This document shows, piece after piece, positions 46,496 to 57,647 of a stretch of DNA of 64,000 nt (positions are counted from its first letter, which is position 1; every line of letters starts with the position of its first letter). This DNA comes from Paramoeba atlantica. Its lineage: Eukaryota; Protista; Discosea. The position numbers and the translations under genes were made by a program. Where the stretch lies: NCBI GenBank assembly GCA_977017575.1, contig CDRNVI010000059.1, positions 124,001 through 188,000 of the forward strand, in the 5' to 3' direction. Under the pieces are notes generated by a model. The model did no database searches and was not told the DNA's origin. It saw only the letters and a list, made by a program, of their open reading frames with translations.

Positions 46496-48172
46496 ATGCA
46501 TTTTATACCCTCTTTTTGTGACGATGCACAGCCACCGTCACGGCGATCTTCTTCACCCGGATTACACAAAACACCTGCTACTGCTGTTGGCAAAGTTCAC
46601 TCCTACGCCCTCCCGGTGGTATACGACCTCGCACGTCTGGTGGAACACATCAGCAACCCCCACCCCTCGTGGACCTTAGAGACGCCTCCCTGTTCGTGGG
46701 ATGGGGTCACGTGCGATCCCCCCACCGGGGCGGTCACGGAGCTGCGCTGGATGGATCGCGGATTACGTGCGAGAAATTTCTCCCTGCAACATCTTCCTCG
46801 TACGCTGCATCTCGTGGATCTCTCTGGCAACAGTCTATGGGGTACGGTGCTGCTGAACGCGCTGCCAGATACCTTGCGAGAGCTTGTAATGGACAGAAAT
46901 CTTTTGCATGGCGAAATCGATTTGTGTGACATTCCGGAAGCCTTGGAACGGTTGAGCTTGGCGCATAACCAGTTTCAGGGTTCCGTTGAACTTGCCTCAC
47001 TTCCTCCTCACCTGCGTATTCTGTGCTTAAATGAAAACGCGTTCGAGGGAGAAATTGATTTGGGGAAGCTCCCTAATACGCTCGAAGGCATGGATCTGTC
47101 GGAGAATCAATTCCATGGAACCTGCGTACTTGATATGTTTCCTCCTTCTCTTAAGAGCTTGAGACTAAGCAAAAATAAATTGTCGGGCAATTTGTGTTTT
47201 GAAGCCCTTCCGCGCGGACTCGAGGATCTAGTGCTCAATGAAAATAAATTTCAAGCAGAATTAAAATTCCAGAACTTACCTCCCGCACTCCGTTGTCTTC
47301 AATTGGAAAATAACCAATTTTCGGGTCACATTGACACGTCAAGTTTCCCGAATGAAATACAACTTGTTTTACTGTACAGCAATCTCTTTACAGGGGAGTT
47401 TCTTTTTGAAGCCCTTCCTAATTTGCAGCATCTTTCCCTTGCGCATAATAAAGTGACAGGTAAAGTGCCTCCTAATGTACCTCTTCCGGAGGTTGAAATG
47501 CTAAACCTCCATAAATGCGATTTCGAAGGTCCATTCGATATGACGACTCTCCCGCCCACCTTGAAGTTCTTAAGTCTCTATGGGAATCGCTTTGATGGAC
47601 CGCTCGACTTAAATCATTTGCCGTTGGAGATACAGATGCTCAACGCGGCACATAACCAGTTTACTGGGTCTATTTCATTGGACCAACTACCCGTTGGCTT
47701 GAACGAACTACGCCTTGGGGGTAATAATTTAGATGGTACGCTGCTGCTTACGCACCTTCCAGACTCCTTGGAGCATCTTCACCTGCAAGAAAATTTATTT
47801 ACAGGAGAAATAGATCTTTCTGCGCTTCCTGAGAAGCTAAAAAGTGTACGACTCCATCAAAATGCGCTCACAGGAGCTGTACATAGTGAGAATCTCCCAG
47901 AATCTCTCGAAGAATTATCCCTTCATAGTACTTTCCTCCACGTATGTATCGACAAATATCACCATCCCCCCAATCTGGATATCTCCCCAATCTTGGAGAA
48001 CACCGTTTGGGTATTAGACAAAGCGGGGAAGCTGTGCCGCGTTCCTTTCAAGGGTTCTAAGCACTGCTTAATGGTATGGGATGTGCAAGGCTCCAGCACT
48101 GCGGAAGAAATACAGCATCGGTACGGTGAGTTCCTTTTTTATCAAGATTACGTGGAAGAGGAAGCCCTGTAG
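46496..48172 (+). CDS. LRR family protein 12 (long form, about 17 LRRs)
   Basis: GKVHSYALP..Y.L, NPHPSW..PPCSWDGVTC, about 17 consecutive 23-aa repeats. Confidence 0.93.
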   Translation: MHFIPSFCDDAQPPSRRSSSPGLHKTPATAVGKVHSYALPVVYDLARLVEHISNPHPSWTLETPPCSWDGVTCDPPTGAVTELRWMDRGLRARNFSLQHLPRTLHLVDLSGNSLWGTVLLNALPDTLRELVMDRNLLHGEIDLCDIPEALERLSLAHNQFQGSVELASLPPHLRILCLNENAFEGEIDLGKLPNTLEGMDLSENQFHGTCVLDMFPPSLKSLRLSKNKLSGNLCFEALPRGLEDLVLNENKFQAELKFQNLPPALRCLQLENNQFSGHIDTSSFPNEIQLVLLYSNLFTGEFLFEALPNLQHLSLAHNKVTGKVPPNVPLPEVEMLNLHKCDFEGPFDMTTLPPTLKFLSLYGNRFDGPLDLNHLPLEIQMLNAAHNQFTGSISLDQLPVGLNELRLGGNNLDGTLLLTHLPDSLEHLHLQENLFTGEIDLSALPEKLKSVRLHQNALTGAVHSENLPESLEELSLHSTFLHVCIDKYHHPPNLDISPILENTVWVLDKAGKLCRVPFKGSKHCLMVWDVQGSSTAEEIQHRYGEFLFYQDYVEEEAL

Positions 48173-48352
48173 AAAAAAACTTTTAAGAGGCGAACGCACA
48201 GCAAAAAAATCAATTAACAATTTATTTTCGTATCCATTACTCAGTAATTCAATGATGTACGCAACATGACAAAGCTCTACTGCGGGTAAAGAACACGTAA
48301 TAATACGAAAAAAAATACGTAATACGCTTCACTTTATTTTTCTACAATTTCG

Positions 48353-50575
48353 ATGTCCAGTGACACTTTTATCACGCTCTTGTTCACTGCCTTGCTCGTA
48401 CCACTGCTCGCTCATGATGAGCTGGATGTGTTGGACCGATTCACCCCTCAGCATCCTGATTTAGAATCACCACGATTCGAGCGCTTACGTAGGCAGCCCA
48501 TGACAAGCCTGCAACGTTGGCAAACACAGCACATGAATTTGAACCCGCCGCTTTCCTGGGAATCGGATGACCCAAGTACGGAAGGCGACATCTCGGATGA
48601 TTTCCAAGACGGTTTTCAAAAGTATCGCGGACAGACACTTCTGTACCGACTCTGGAACCGCATCGTCCATCTTTTCACCCCATGCTGTGAAACCGACTCC
48701 GATCTCGACCCGATCCCCACAATGCCCTCCCGAAATCGAAAAACCAGCTGGAATTCGATTTCCGAACCTGTCTCGACCACTACCTTATACCCAACAACAC
48801 AACCTTCCCTCTCAACCCCCACAAAATGCACAACCCGCAGCCCTCTCTCGCAGGGCTACTGGGGAGAGGAGAACGCCGCGGTGCCCGTGCGGGACGACAC
48901 GGTGCAACTCCCACCCTCCCACCGCGCTCTCTCCCGCAATGCCTCCGTACTCCTTCTCGACCCCTTCGCCCCGATTGAGGTCGACTTCTCCGAGGATGCG
49001 GAACAAGAGGTTTCGGAGGAGGAGGAAGAAGAAGATGAAGACTATGAGGGGGAGGGGGGGGACGGCGACAACCACGAGCCCCCCTCTCATCGTCTCCGGG
49101 GGAGTAAGTCGGGAGTCAGCGCCCCTCCCCCGCCCTCCTGGCTGGGCTACACCCTTCGCCGGTTCCTTCACTGGCTGCGGGACTTCCCGCGACGGTTCCA
49201 TGCGTTTGCGATGGGACGGCGGTCGATGCCCGAGGACCACTACCGGGAACGTCCCGGGACCTCGTTTCTTGATTCGATGGGGTCGTGGTGTACACGACAG
49301 CCCGTGGGTAAGCCCCATAAAAAAAAGGGAAGGAGAAAACAACAAAAAGAAAGGGAACAAAACAAGAAAAAGGAGAAAAACGAGAAATCCGGGGATAGCT
49401 CTCCTTTTCAGGGGTATAACCCTTGGTATGAAAACACCACAGAATCGGATTCCTCTTCCTCCTGTTCGTATTCTTCATCATCCCTCCACAATGCTGCTGC
49501 GGAGTTACATTCTAAAAGCGGTACTCCTCCCCATCGGCCTCTCCCCCATGAGGTCGCGATGGCCACCAAACACCCCCGGCAGTGTGCGCTGCACGTCGCA
49601 CTGTGTCCGAAATCGGACCCGGCCACAAAAATCCCGTTTTCAACGAAGCAACAAGACGGGCTCTGGGATGCGCTCACCGGGGCGGCCCAGGTCCCCCGGG
49701 TGGTGGTCCCGGGGGAGAGCTTCGAGTGCTCGCGGTTTCACCCGAGAACGAACCCCGGGCGCCGACTGGTGTTGCGCGGGGGACACAAGAAACGGTTTCC
49801 TGGGCACCCGATCTTTTTGTCCGAAATCCCCGTGTTACGGGATTGGTGGGATGGACTGGAGGAGATGAACCCGTGCGCGATGACACGGGTGGCGGAGAGT
49901 CCAGAGCGTAAGCGTGAGGCGGGGGGTTGCGATAAAAAAGAGGCATTGGAGGGGAAATCGGATTCCGGAGGGAGAGACACTGAGGTTTCATTTTCGGCCG
50001 TTTCGTCTTCATCGGGTGCAGCCTCGTCTTCGGAAGCGAATTTATCTTCTGGGGAGGTGTCCGTTGAGGTTTCGTCTTCTGGGGCTTCTTCTTCTTTGTC
50101 TTCATCTTCTACAACGCCGCGTAAAGCATTCTGCTCCCCCCTCTCCCCGTCCTATCGTAGGCATCACACCAATCTCTACGGTAAACACACGACGGGAATA
50201 TGTACGCTGGATATCCCTGCAACGCTACAAAAGAAACTCGACCGGCACGTGAGGCGTCAAATTGCCATCCAGGGACAAATTACGCCCTTTGAGGCGTGGC
50301 TCCCGGGGGAGGAAACTAGCAAGGCAGGGAAGGGGGATAAAAAAGGGGAGAAGGAAAGCGAGGGACAGGAAGAAACTACTGGCTACTCTTCTTCCTCATC
50401 TTCGCCTCTTCCGTACTACCGACCGGTTCGTGCAGAAATCTTTGAAAGAGGATATCTATGGGGGAAGGGCGAGAGCGTGTCAAATGGGGATCGCACGGGA
50501 ACCTCCAGATATTACTTTCTGGTGTGTCCTTGTGTGTATGAGCCTGTGGTGGGTTTAATGCGGGGCGAAATGTAG
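48353..50575 (+). CDS. Hypothetical protein with N-terminal signal/anchor and low-complexity tracts
   Basis: 740 codons, hydrophobic FITLLFTALLVPLLA, acidic, Lys-rich and Ser-rich tracts. Confidence 0.7.
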   Translation: MSSDTFITLLFTALLVPLLAHDELDVLDRFTPQHPDLESPRFERLRRQPMTSLQRWQTQHMNLNPPLSWESDDPSTEGDISDDFQDGFQKYRGQTLLYRLWNRIVHLFTPCCETDSDLDPIPTMPSRNRKTSWNSISEPVSTTTLYPTTQPSLSTPTKCTTRSPLSQGYWGEENAAVPVRDDTVQLPPSHRALSRNASVLLLDPFAPIEVDFSEDAEQEVSEEEEEEDEDYEGEGGDGDNHEPPSHRLRGSKSGVSAPPPPSWLGYTLRRFLHWLRDFPRRFHAFAMGRRSMPEDHYRERPGTSFLDSMGSWCTRQPVGKPHKKKGRRKQQKEREQNKKKEKNEKSGDSSPFQGYNPWYENTTESDSSSSCSYSSSSLHNAAAELHSKSGTPPHRPLPHEVAMATKHPRQCALHVALCPKSDPATKIPFSTKQQDGLWDALTGAAQVPRVVVPGESFECSRFHPRTNPGRRLVLRGGHKKRFPGHPIFLSEIPVLRDWWDGLEEMNPCAMTRVAESPERKREAGGCDKKEALEGKSDSGGRDTEVSFSAVSSSSGAASSSEANLSSGEVSVEVSSSGASSSLSSSSTTPRKAFCSPLSPSYRRHHTNLYGKHTTGICTLDIPATLQKKLDRHVRRQIAIQGQITPFEAWLPGEETSKAGKGDKKGEKESEGQEETTGYSSSSSSPLPYYRPVRAEIFERGYLWGKGESVSNGDRTGTSRYYFLVCPCVYEPVVGLMRGEM

Positions 50576-51147
50576 AGCAGGATGAATGGAGAGATGCGAT
50601 AGCATGGGTTACGAGACACTTGTATCGGTGTATTGGTCATTAGCAATGCTGTACTACCTTAATATCGATATCTTGTAGGACGTCACGTAACTTTTTACAC
50701 GTTCTGTTCTTCCATTTTGATATGGTCGCACAAGGATCGCAAAGACTTGGCCAACTTTTCTATGAGGTCGCTAGCAATTGCTTTTCTCTTTTTCCCCATT
50801 GCAAAGTCCAATGCTCCGAGTAAGGTTCCGCGTTCTTCGAAAGAATGGTCAGACTTTGTTTTGGTCAGACTTTGTTTTGGTTGGACTTTGCTTTGGTGGA
50901 CATTGTTGCGTGACGCAGATTTCATATTACCACGTCGCCTTGGAGACGCGCTGAGCGTGATCATGACGAAAATAGTATAAAGAATGCTACGTACAACGGC
51001 TAATAAGGCATTTTTAGCATATTTTGTATTCACATTATTTACGTCGCAAAGCCTTCCATATTTCTTTCTTCTAGTTTTTTGTTTTTGTATTTACTTTTAG
51101 TACAGCTCAGAATAATGTCGAAGGTGGTATCTTGAAATCGCTAAATC

Positions 51148-51612
51148 ATGTTACACAAGAGGCTCATAACGCTTCCGTCCAAATCCGAGGTTGCGTTAGG
51201 CGCATGCGTGATATCCTTTGCCATGCTCGTCCGGTACGGTTATCGTTTAGCTCAACAGAAACATTTTTCTGAAACAAACCCTGATCCCTTGCCTTTTGTA
51301 ACATCGTCCTACAAATACTCAACAAACGAGGTACTTAACAACAGCGAAACTTCACCAACTACTGTAGAAATTATAAAGGAGGTCCTCTCCAAGGACGCTC
51401 ATGACATCCAGGATTCTGAATTCGAGCCAGATACAGGTATGGAAGAATTCAGTGAGTATTCCGACACAATAGACAGTATGCTGGGCGCTGGCTGGGATTC
51501 TCCTTGGGATTTGGATTGGATGATGTTACAAAATCATATGGAGTTCTCAGAATCTGATTCGTTTCCGTACGATGGGATTGCAGATGGGCACCTCATTGAG
51601 GAAATCGAATAA
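51148..51612 (+). CDS. Small single-TM protein with acidic tail
   Basis: MLHKRLITL leader, hydrophobic ALGACVISFAMLV, D/E-rich C-terminus. Confidence 0.55.
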   Translation: MLHKRLITLPSKSEVALGACVISFAMLVRYGYRLAQQKHFSETNPDPLPFVTSSYKYSTNEVLNNSETSPTTVEIIKEVLSKDAHDIQDSEFEPDTGMEEFSEYSDTIDSMLGAGWDSPWDLDWMMLQNHMEFSESDSFPYDGIADGHLIEEIE

Positions 51613-51840
51613 GCGGTATCCAGCATGATGAATCAAGTCACACAGCACGTACCATGCCCAGTCGACATGTGCCCATGCATATCTTTATCGTAATAATACC
51701 CAAATATTAATCTAGGATTATGTTGTACACGTCAACTTCAATTTTCACCTTTTCGTACTCCTTTTTTGTCTTCTCACACACACTTATTTCACCTTTATCA
51801 ACGAATAGCATCTTTTTTAACCCACCTCACAACCGACACC

Positions 51841-54800
51841 ATGACCGCGCTACGAGAGGAAGAAATCCCCCTTCGAGGCCCCTCTCTACCCTCTTCTTCC
51901 TCCACCTCCCCTACCCACCCTACCCGGTCTTCAAAATTTCCCCCTTTTCGTCTCACCCCACCTGTCCTCCTTACGCTCCTGTTTATCCTCCTCGCGGTCG
52001 GCTCCCTCATCGGGTACGGCTGCACGAGTCGTAACCCCGGGACATCTTCTTTTTCATCTTCATCATCTTCAAACACATCTCCCGATGCTCTATCCATCGA
52101 CAATGCACAATGGGAGGCCCTTAAAAAGGCCAAGCCCCCAAAAACGTACGCGGAACCTCAGCAAACGTTTACCCCTCTCTCTACGCCTCCCACCGTCTCC
52201 CATGGTCGAATCCTTCCCCCTTTAAACTTTTCCCTCCCCCCTTTAAACTTTTCCCTTCCCCCTTTAAACTTTTCCCTTCCCCCCTTCACCTCTCCTTCTT
52301 CGTCTCCTTCTCAAGAGTTAACCAAATCCCACGTGCCGCTCTTCCCCTCCCCCAGCGACCCCCGTCCCTATCGTTTCCTTACCCTTTTGAAAAACCATTT
52401 CGATTTTCTTCTCGTTTCGGATAGCAACACAAAATGGGCTTCGGCCTCCATGGACGTCCATGTCGGGAGTGCGTATGATCCGAAAGAAGGGGATCACGAC
52501 GGTCATCAAGGCCTGGCCCATTTCCTGGAACACATGCTGTTTCTCGGAAGTGGGAAATATAAAGAGGAGGGCTCGTATGGGGCCTACCTTGCGCTCCATG
52601 GGGGATACGCGAATGCGTTTACCGCACAAACCCATACCAATTATTATTTTACGGTTCAAGCAGAGGCTTTTACGGAGGCGTTGGATCGTTTTGCGCAGTT
52701 TTTTGTGGACCCGCTGTTGAGTTATGAGGGGATGGCACGTGAGGTGAAGGCGGTGCATAGTGAGCATGAAAAGAATGTGCTATCGGATGCGTGGCGGGAG
52801 TACCAGTTGGTGTTGTCGCTGGCGGAGTCGGACTCGGCGTTTCATCATTTCGCAACCGGGAATAGGGAGACGTTACAACCGGGGGAGAGGCTCCATAGGG
52901 CGTTGTTGTCGTTTTATGCCGCACATTACCGAAATGCGACACGGATGAAGCTATGTGTTGTGGGGCCGCAATCCCTGGACGAGCTGCAAACGTTGGTCCA
53001 GACACGGTTTCAAGAGATCGGGGGAAAGAATGAAAGTACGGCCCCCGATACGGTTTTGTTGACTACCCACGAGTTGAGTCAAATCGATCCCTATCCTTCC
53101 GATGCTCTCCCTGTTCGGGTGTATGCCCAGCCGGTTACGGTCTCCATGCGTGCGCTTCGGGTATTTTTCTTTATCCCGATTGATCTTGAACAAAAATATC
53201 GGCTGCGCATCCCCAACTATCTTGCCTATTTGCATCACAGTCGCGACAAAGGCTCGCTGTATCACTGCCTGCATGAGCTCGCTCTGGTCGAGGATATTGA
53301 CCTAACGCTGTACGACAGCCTGCCCGTTGGTTTCTTAGTTCGCGTGAGTCTACAGCTCACGGAACAAGGAGAGGCAAAACATGAGGAAGTGCTAAAAGAG
53401 TATTATCGATTCCTGGAGGTTCTCCAAGAAGCAACCGACAAAAAGGGATGTGAACTTTGGAAACAGAGCGTCGCACTGGAATGGCTGCATTTTAATTTCG
53501 AGGAAAATCAGCCCGGGGTGGAGTATGCGATACAGCTGGCAACTGCAATGCATTATGCCGCCCCGGAAGATGTGTTGGGGTCGCCTCGAAATGCGCACTG
53601 TCATGAGCATGTTCTGCGGAGCGTACTGGAGAGGCTTTCTCCGGAGAATGCGATAGAAATTGCGTGGTTCAGTTCGCAAAATATCACCGGGGAAGAGACT
53701 CGGACGGATCCGTTTTATGGAACACGGTATAATGTGACCCGCGGAGGGGTTGGAGGAAAGAACAAGCAGAATGTTGTGAAAGAGGGGAGTAACCACACGC
53801 AGAACTTATGCCCTCATCTCCATGTGCGCCAATCCAATGCATTTCTGACCGAATACGTTTTATCCGAAAACATTACACTTGCAAATAAAATGCAATCCTC
53901 GGAGAAAACGAATTCCCCTCCGGAGGTTGTCCGAAGCGATATGGGAAATACCGTGTGGTATTCTCCGTCTAAACACTATCACACGAATCCCCGGATGGAG
54001 TATCGATGTTCTTTAGCCCATACTGGGGCAGTGGATGCTACTCTGGTCGTTGCCGCCGGATTACACAATCGGTTGCTACAGGATCAGCTCATCAGTCTAC
54101 AGACAGAAGCAACAGAAGTCGAGCTCTCCTCTGATTTTGACATTTCCTCTCGAGGAAGCTCCATTCGAGTCGCTGGGTTCTATGATAAGACCCCGGCCTT
54201 GTTAGATGAGATGTTGAGGCACGGCAAGTACTCCGCGATTTGTGATTCAATCACAGAACAACGGTTTGAAATTGTCCGCGCAAAATATCTAAAGGATTTG
54301 GATCATGTGGCAAGTCTACCGGCGTACATGTACGCTGCTAAATATGTGCTGCCGCTGCTGATTGATCCGCATGCGTATTGTGTGGAAGAGGAAAGACGAG
54401 CGCTCGAGGGTTTCAAACATAAAGAGAAATTGTTTTCGGTCCTCCAGGTCGCGCAAAGCCTTGTCCGTACCCATACGGATTGTCTTGGTTTTGGAAATGT
54501 GGATAGAAATACCACACTTGCGATGACGAACCACGTGGGGAACTTAGCGGAGTATGAGCGTGTTGCAAGCCGAACAGAAGTGCAAAAGAACTCACGTCGT
54601 CTTCTGACGCTACCGTCCGGCGCTGATATTTTGGTTCATACCACCGCTGGATTACCCGAGGATGAAAACGAGGTTGTGCTCTCCCTGTATGAGCTATCTT
54701 CGGATCCCATTGTCTTAGCCCATGCTCGTGTATTTGAGCGTTTTATCTCCCCTCTGTGTTTTGAGGAACTGCGAACGAAACGCCAACTGGGCTATATCGT

Positions 54801-55305
54801 ACAGAGTACGTTACGAACCACCGATCTTCCACAGCGTTCGGCATCTTTCTTTATGTTTCTTATCCAATCACCCTTGCACAATGCCACTACGGTGCTGGAA
54901 TCTCTCGAAGAGTTTCTGCGCTCTTCTACGGTTGAAAACCTTTTTGAAGAGCTCTCGGAGGAAAAGCTCACACACGCTCTTGAGGCTGTGAAGGGTTCAC
55001 TCTCGGAGCCTCCGTTAACACTCAAAGATGAGACGGATCGTGTATGGCACGAGATTGTCTCAGAGCAGTTTCGGTTTGATCGAAGGGATAACGATATTTG
55101 CGATCTTGATAAGGTCTCGGTGAAGTCCTTGCAACAGTTTTATATGCAATTAGTCGATGGAGGTCAACGACGCCGACTTTCTGTGGTTGTTACTCGATAT
55201 GGCGCTCCCAATGTTACCAAATGGAACACAAAGTGCGATGTAGTGGATATGTATGATATTGCGTCAAACATCGATACATGGAGAAACAACATGACATTTG
55301 CATAA
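51841..55305 (+). CDS. M16A insulinase/IDE-like zinc metallopeptidase with N-terminal TM
   Basis: A.MDVHVGS.YDP, GLAHFLEHMLFLGS.KY (HxxEH), NAFT...TNY, V.SEH.KN, F.ELRTK.QLGYIV. Confidence 0.92.
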   Translation: MTALREEEIPLRGPSLPSSSSTSPTHPTRSSKFPPFRLTPPVLLTLLFILLAVGSLIGYGCTSRNPGTSSFSSSSSSNTSPDALSIDNAQWEALKKAKPPKTYAEPQQTFTPLSTPPTVSHGRILPPLNFSLPPLNFSLPPLNFSLPPFTSPSSSPSQELTKSHVPLFPSPSDPRPYRFLTLLKNHFDFLLVSDSNTKWASASMDVHVGSAYDPKEGDHDGHQGLAHFLEHMLFLGSGKYKEEGSYGAYLALHGGYANAFTAQTHTNYYFTVQAEAFTEALDRFAQFFVDPLLSYEGMAREVKAVHSEHEKNVLSDAWREYQLVLSLAESDSAFHHFATGNRETLQPGERLHRALLSFYAAHYRNATRMKLCVVGPQSLDELQTLVQTRFQEIGGKNESTAPDTVLLTTHELSQIDPYPSDALPVRVYAQPVTVSMRALRVFFFIPIDLEQKYRLRIPNYLAYLHHSRDKGSLYHCLHELALVEDIDLTLYDSLPVGFLVRVSLQLTEQGEAKHEEVLKEYYRFLEVLQEATDKKGCELWKQSVALEWLHFNFEENQPGVEYAIQLATAMHYAAPEDVLGSPRNAHCHEHVLRSVLERLSPENAIEIAWFSSQNITGEETRTDPFYGTRYNVTRGGVGGKNKQNVVKEGSNHTQNLCPHLHVRQSNAFLTEYVLSENITLANKMQSSEKTNSPPEVVRSDMGNTVWYSPSKHYHTNPRMEYRCSLAHTGAVDATLVVAAGLHNRLLQDQLISLQTEATEVELSSDFDISSRGSSIRVAGFYDKTPALLDEMLRHGKYSAICDSITEQRFEIVRAKYLKDLDHVASLPAYMYAAKYVLPLLIDPHAYCVEEERRALEGFKHKEKLFSVLQVAQSLVRTHTDCLGFGNVDRNTTLAMTNHVGNLAEYERVASRTEVQKNSRRLLTLPSGADILVHTTAGLPEDENEVVLSLYELSSDPIVLAHARVFERFISPLCFEELRTKRQLGYIVQSTLRTTDLPQRSASFFMFLIQSPLHNATTVLESLEEFLRSSTVENLFEELSEEKLTHALEAVKGSLSEPPLTLKDETDRVWHEIVSEQFRFDRRDNDICDLDKVSVKSLQQFYMQLVDGGQRRRLSVVVTRYGAPNVTKWNTKCDVVDMYDIASNIDTWRNNMTFA

Positions 55306-55679
55306 GCATCTATGAAAAGGATGGTTCTAATTTATGTCATTTTGTTTGATATTTGTTAATCAATTTGCTAAGCATAAACGGCGAATGTTATAGATAAACA
55401 GTAGTGCCAGTTCTTGTACAAAGTAGTCTTATCGGAATTGTCTATATAGAGTTATTCTGACCACCATGTTCACATTACTTTCACTTTACTTGCATACCAT
55501 CTTGATTCAGTACATGTGCAATGAATGTTTTAGACTACCAAAATGAATTTTTGGGTTACCAAAAATGGATGTTTTAGTTTTCCAAATTTTATGATCTTCG
55601 ACTTTTCGTAACTCTTCTTTTACCAATTTAGAAAGGATTTCTTCCATAACTACTTCGCCACAATAACTCTCCCGCCGCT

Positions 55680-57647
55680 ATGAGCAGCACTTCTGTACCG
55701 CAAGTCACTATACAACGACGATACGACCCCAATATTCCCGTGTTGGTTCGTAAAAGAAGAAGAGTGTCTGCCGATGAAGACCACCAATCAGCCTCAGCTG
55801 TTGACAAAGAAAAGTTAGATACTCAGAAACCTTTCACGTGGGATACTGAAAATCAGCGAAGGCTGTGGAACGAAACCCAACGTGTGATACGACGTAGTAT
55901 TAACCAGGCGAACATGGACAACATTAAGGTCGTGCTCCCTGGGCTGCTTACTCAAAACCTTACATGGGCTCGCGGAGTGTTTTGTCGTAGTATGCTAGAG
56001 AGTGTGATGCGAACCCCGGAATTGGGCGCGATACTCGCAGCGCTCGTGGCCGTCGTGAACTCTCTATATCCGACAGTAGGAAATCTTTTGGTGACGCGAA
56101 TAGCAGCACGTATTGTTAAAGAGCATCGCAGACAGCAATGGGGTTCGATTCGAAATCTACTACCGCTGCTCGCCCAATTAACGCTGCAACAAGTTGTGGA
56201 TGAGAGTCTGGTGCTGGAATGTGTAGCGCTGTTTCTCACAAAGCCGAGTGATGAAGGGGTTCAGTTAGGGGTGGATCTCATGCTACAACTGCATGTTTAT
56301 CTCAGCCGCAACAGTCCACGAGCTCTACAGATTGTGTTGAGCCGATTTCGAACGCTTCTGACTCAAATATGCCCTCAACAGAAATTTTCAGAGTCGACCA
56401 AAGGGACGACACTGTCTTCCCGATCTCACATTCTGATACAGGACATGTTTGAAAAGATCGCCCTATCTCGCACGTCAAATCAAAACTCCAGATTTAATTG
56501 GGAAGACGTTGACATCTTACCTCTAGAACTTGATCTAGTGGAAGATGACCAACAGGTTACGCACCAGTGCTCCCTGAACGACGAATCCCATGATGTGGAA
56601 GATAGTGTCAACTTTTTCGCGGCCATTCCTGCAGAAACGTTTCTAAAAAGGAAGACCGAACATGATGAACGCTTACAGGTTTTGGGTCTCGACAACTTGA
56701 CAGGTGATATACCCGATATCGGTGAGGAGTCTCCCTTTGATCTACATAACGATGAGGAGCATCCACCCAATCCCTCATCCACTGAGCCGGAGGAAGAAAC
56801 GAAACCTCATACTTCAGATGTCGAACCACGCACCCCCATTTCGCATGTTGCTCTCCCGAACAACCCTATCCCCGCTGAAATAACAAAAACAACAACAACC
56901 TCTCCACCCCCACCTACGGACCCTGTCCCCCCCTCCACGACGCCTCCCCCCCCTCCCCTCCTCTACGACGACCTCGAGCTCCGTCGTCGTTTCGCGCTCC
57001 TTCTCCAAGGCAGCGCGAGCCCCGAGGAGGCGGCGCACAAACTCATTCGGGGCTTCGACCCGGGAACAGAGCCCACGCTCGCCCAGCTCCTGCTGGAGAG
57101 TCTGTTCCACCAGCCCACTTATTCCCCGTTTTACGGGACCCTGGCCTCCCGTCTGGTCGCCACGGGGTACGCCTTTCGGGGCTGCTTCGAACGGCTGTTC
57201 GAACGGCACTACTCCGAGGCCGAGGAGCTGTCCTCGAAGACCACGCGACAGCTCGCGAGGCTCATGTCGCATTTGCTCGCGAGTGAGAGCCTTCCCTGGG
57301 GCGTGCTCCAGGTGGTGCGGCTGAGTGAAAAAGAGTGTACCGCGGATCAACGGGTGTTGTTAAAATACCTGCTGGAGGATCTCGCGCGTACGCTCGGGGT
57401 GGGGGAGTTGAAGGAACGGCTGCTGTACGACAGCGCGCTGCAGCCGTTGTTGAGAGGGATGTTCCCGGTGGATGAGATCGCGGAGGTGCGGTACGCGATG
57501 CTGTTTTTTGCCTCATTGGGGTTGTCCCCGCTGAATGAGAGGCTCAGCCAGACGTATCGGATCTTGCAGCGGGAGGAGAGCCGGGGGGAGGAGGGGATGT
57601 TGCCGGCTCCTCTGGATCCGAACGAAGAAATGGAGGGGAGAAAGTAG
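55680..57647 (+). CDS. CWC22: Pre-mRNA splicing factor CWC22 (MIF4G + MA3/MI)
   Basis: SINQAN..NI......L...NL..ARG.FCRS.......P......AALVAVVNS.YP.VG.L; LRRRF.L...SAS.EEAAHKL; YG.LA.RL; R.A..FFAS.GL..L. Confidence 0.85.
   Translation: MSSTSVPQVTIQRRYDPNIPVLVRKRRRVSADEDHQSASAVDKEKLDTQKPFTWDTENQRRLWNETQRVIRRSINQANMDNIKVVLPGLLTQNLTWARGVFCRSMLESVMRTPELGAILAALVAVVNSLYPTVGNLLVTRIAARIVKEHRRQQWGSIRNLLPLLAQLTLQQVVDESLVLECVALFLTKPSDEGVQLGVDLMLQLHVYLSRNSPRALQIVLSRFRTLLTQICPQQKFSESTKGTTLSSRSHILIQDMFEKIALSRTSNQNSRFNWEDVDILPLELDLVEDDQQVTHQCSLNDESHDVEDSVNFFAAIPAETFLKRKTEHDERLQVLGLDNLTGDIPDIGEESPFDLHNDEEHPPNPSSTEPEEETKPHTSDVEPRTPISHVALPNNPIPAEITKTTTTSPPPPTDPVPPSTTPPPPPLLYDDLELRRRFALLLQGSASPEEAAHKLIRGFDPGTEPTLAQLLLESLFHQPTYSPFYGTLASRLVATGYAFRGCFERLFERHYSEAEELSSKTTRQLARLMSHLLASESLPWGVLQVVRLSEKECTADQRVLLKYLLEDLARTLGVGELKERLLYDSALQPLLRGMFPVDEIAEVRYAMLFFASLGLSPLNERLSQTYRILQREESRGEEGMLPAPLDPNEEMEGRK

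Noticed and set aside
50695-51033. Minus-strand 112-aa ORF with a hydrophobic start
   Set aside because: Against cluster polarity, no recognisable motif. Cannot be supported without expression data.
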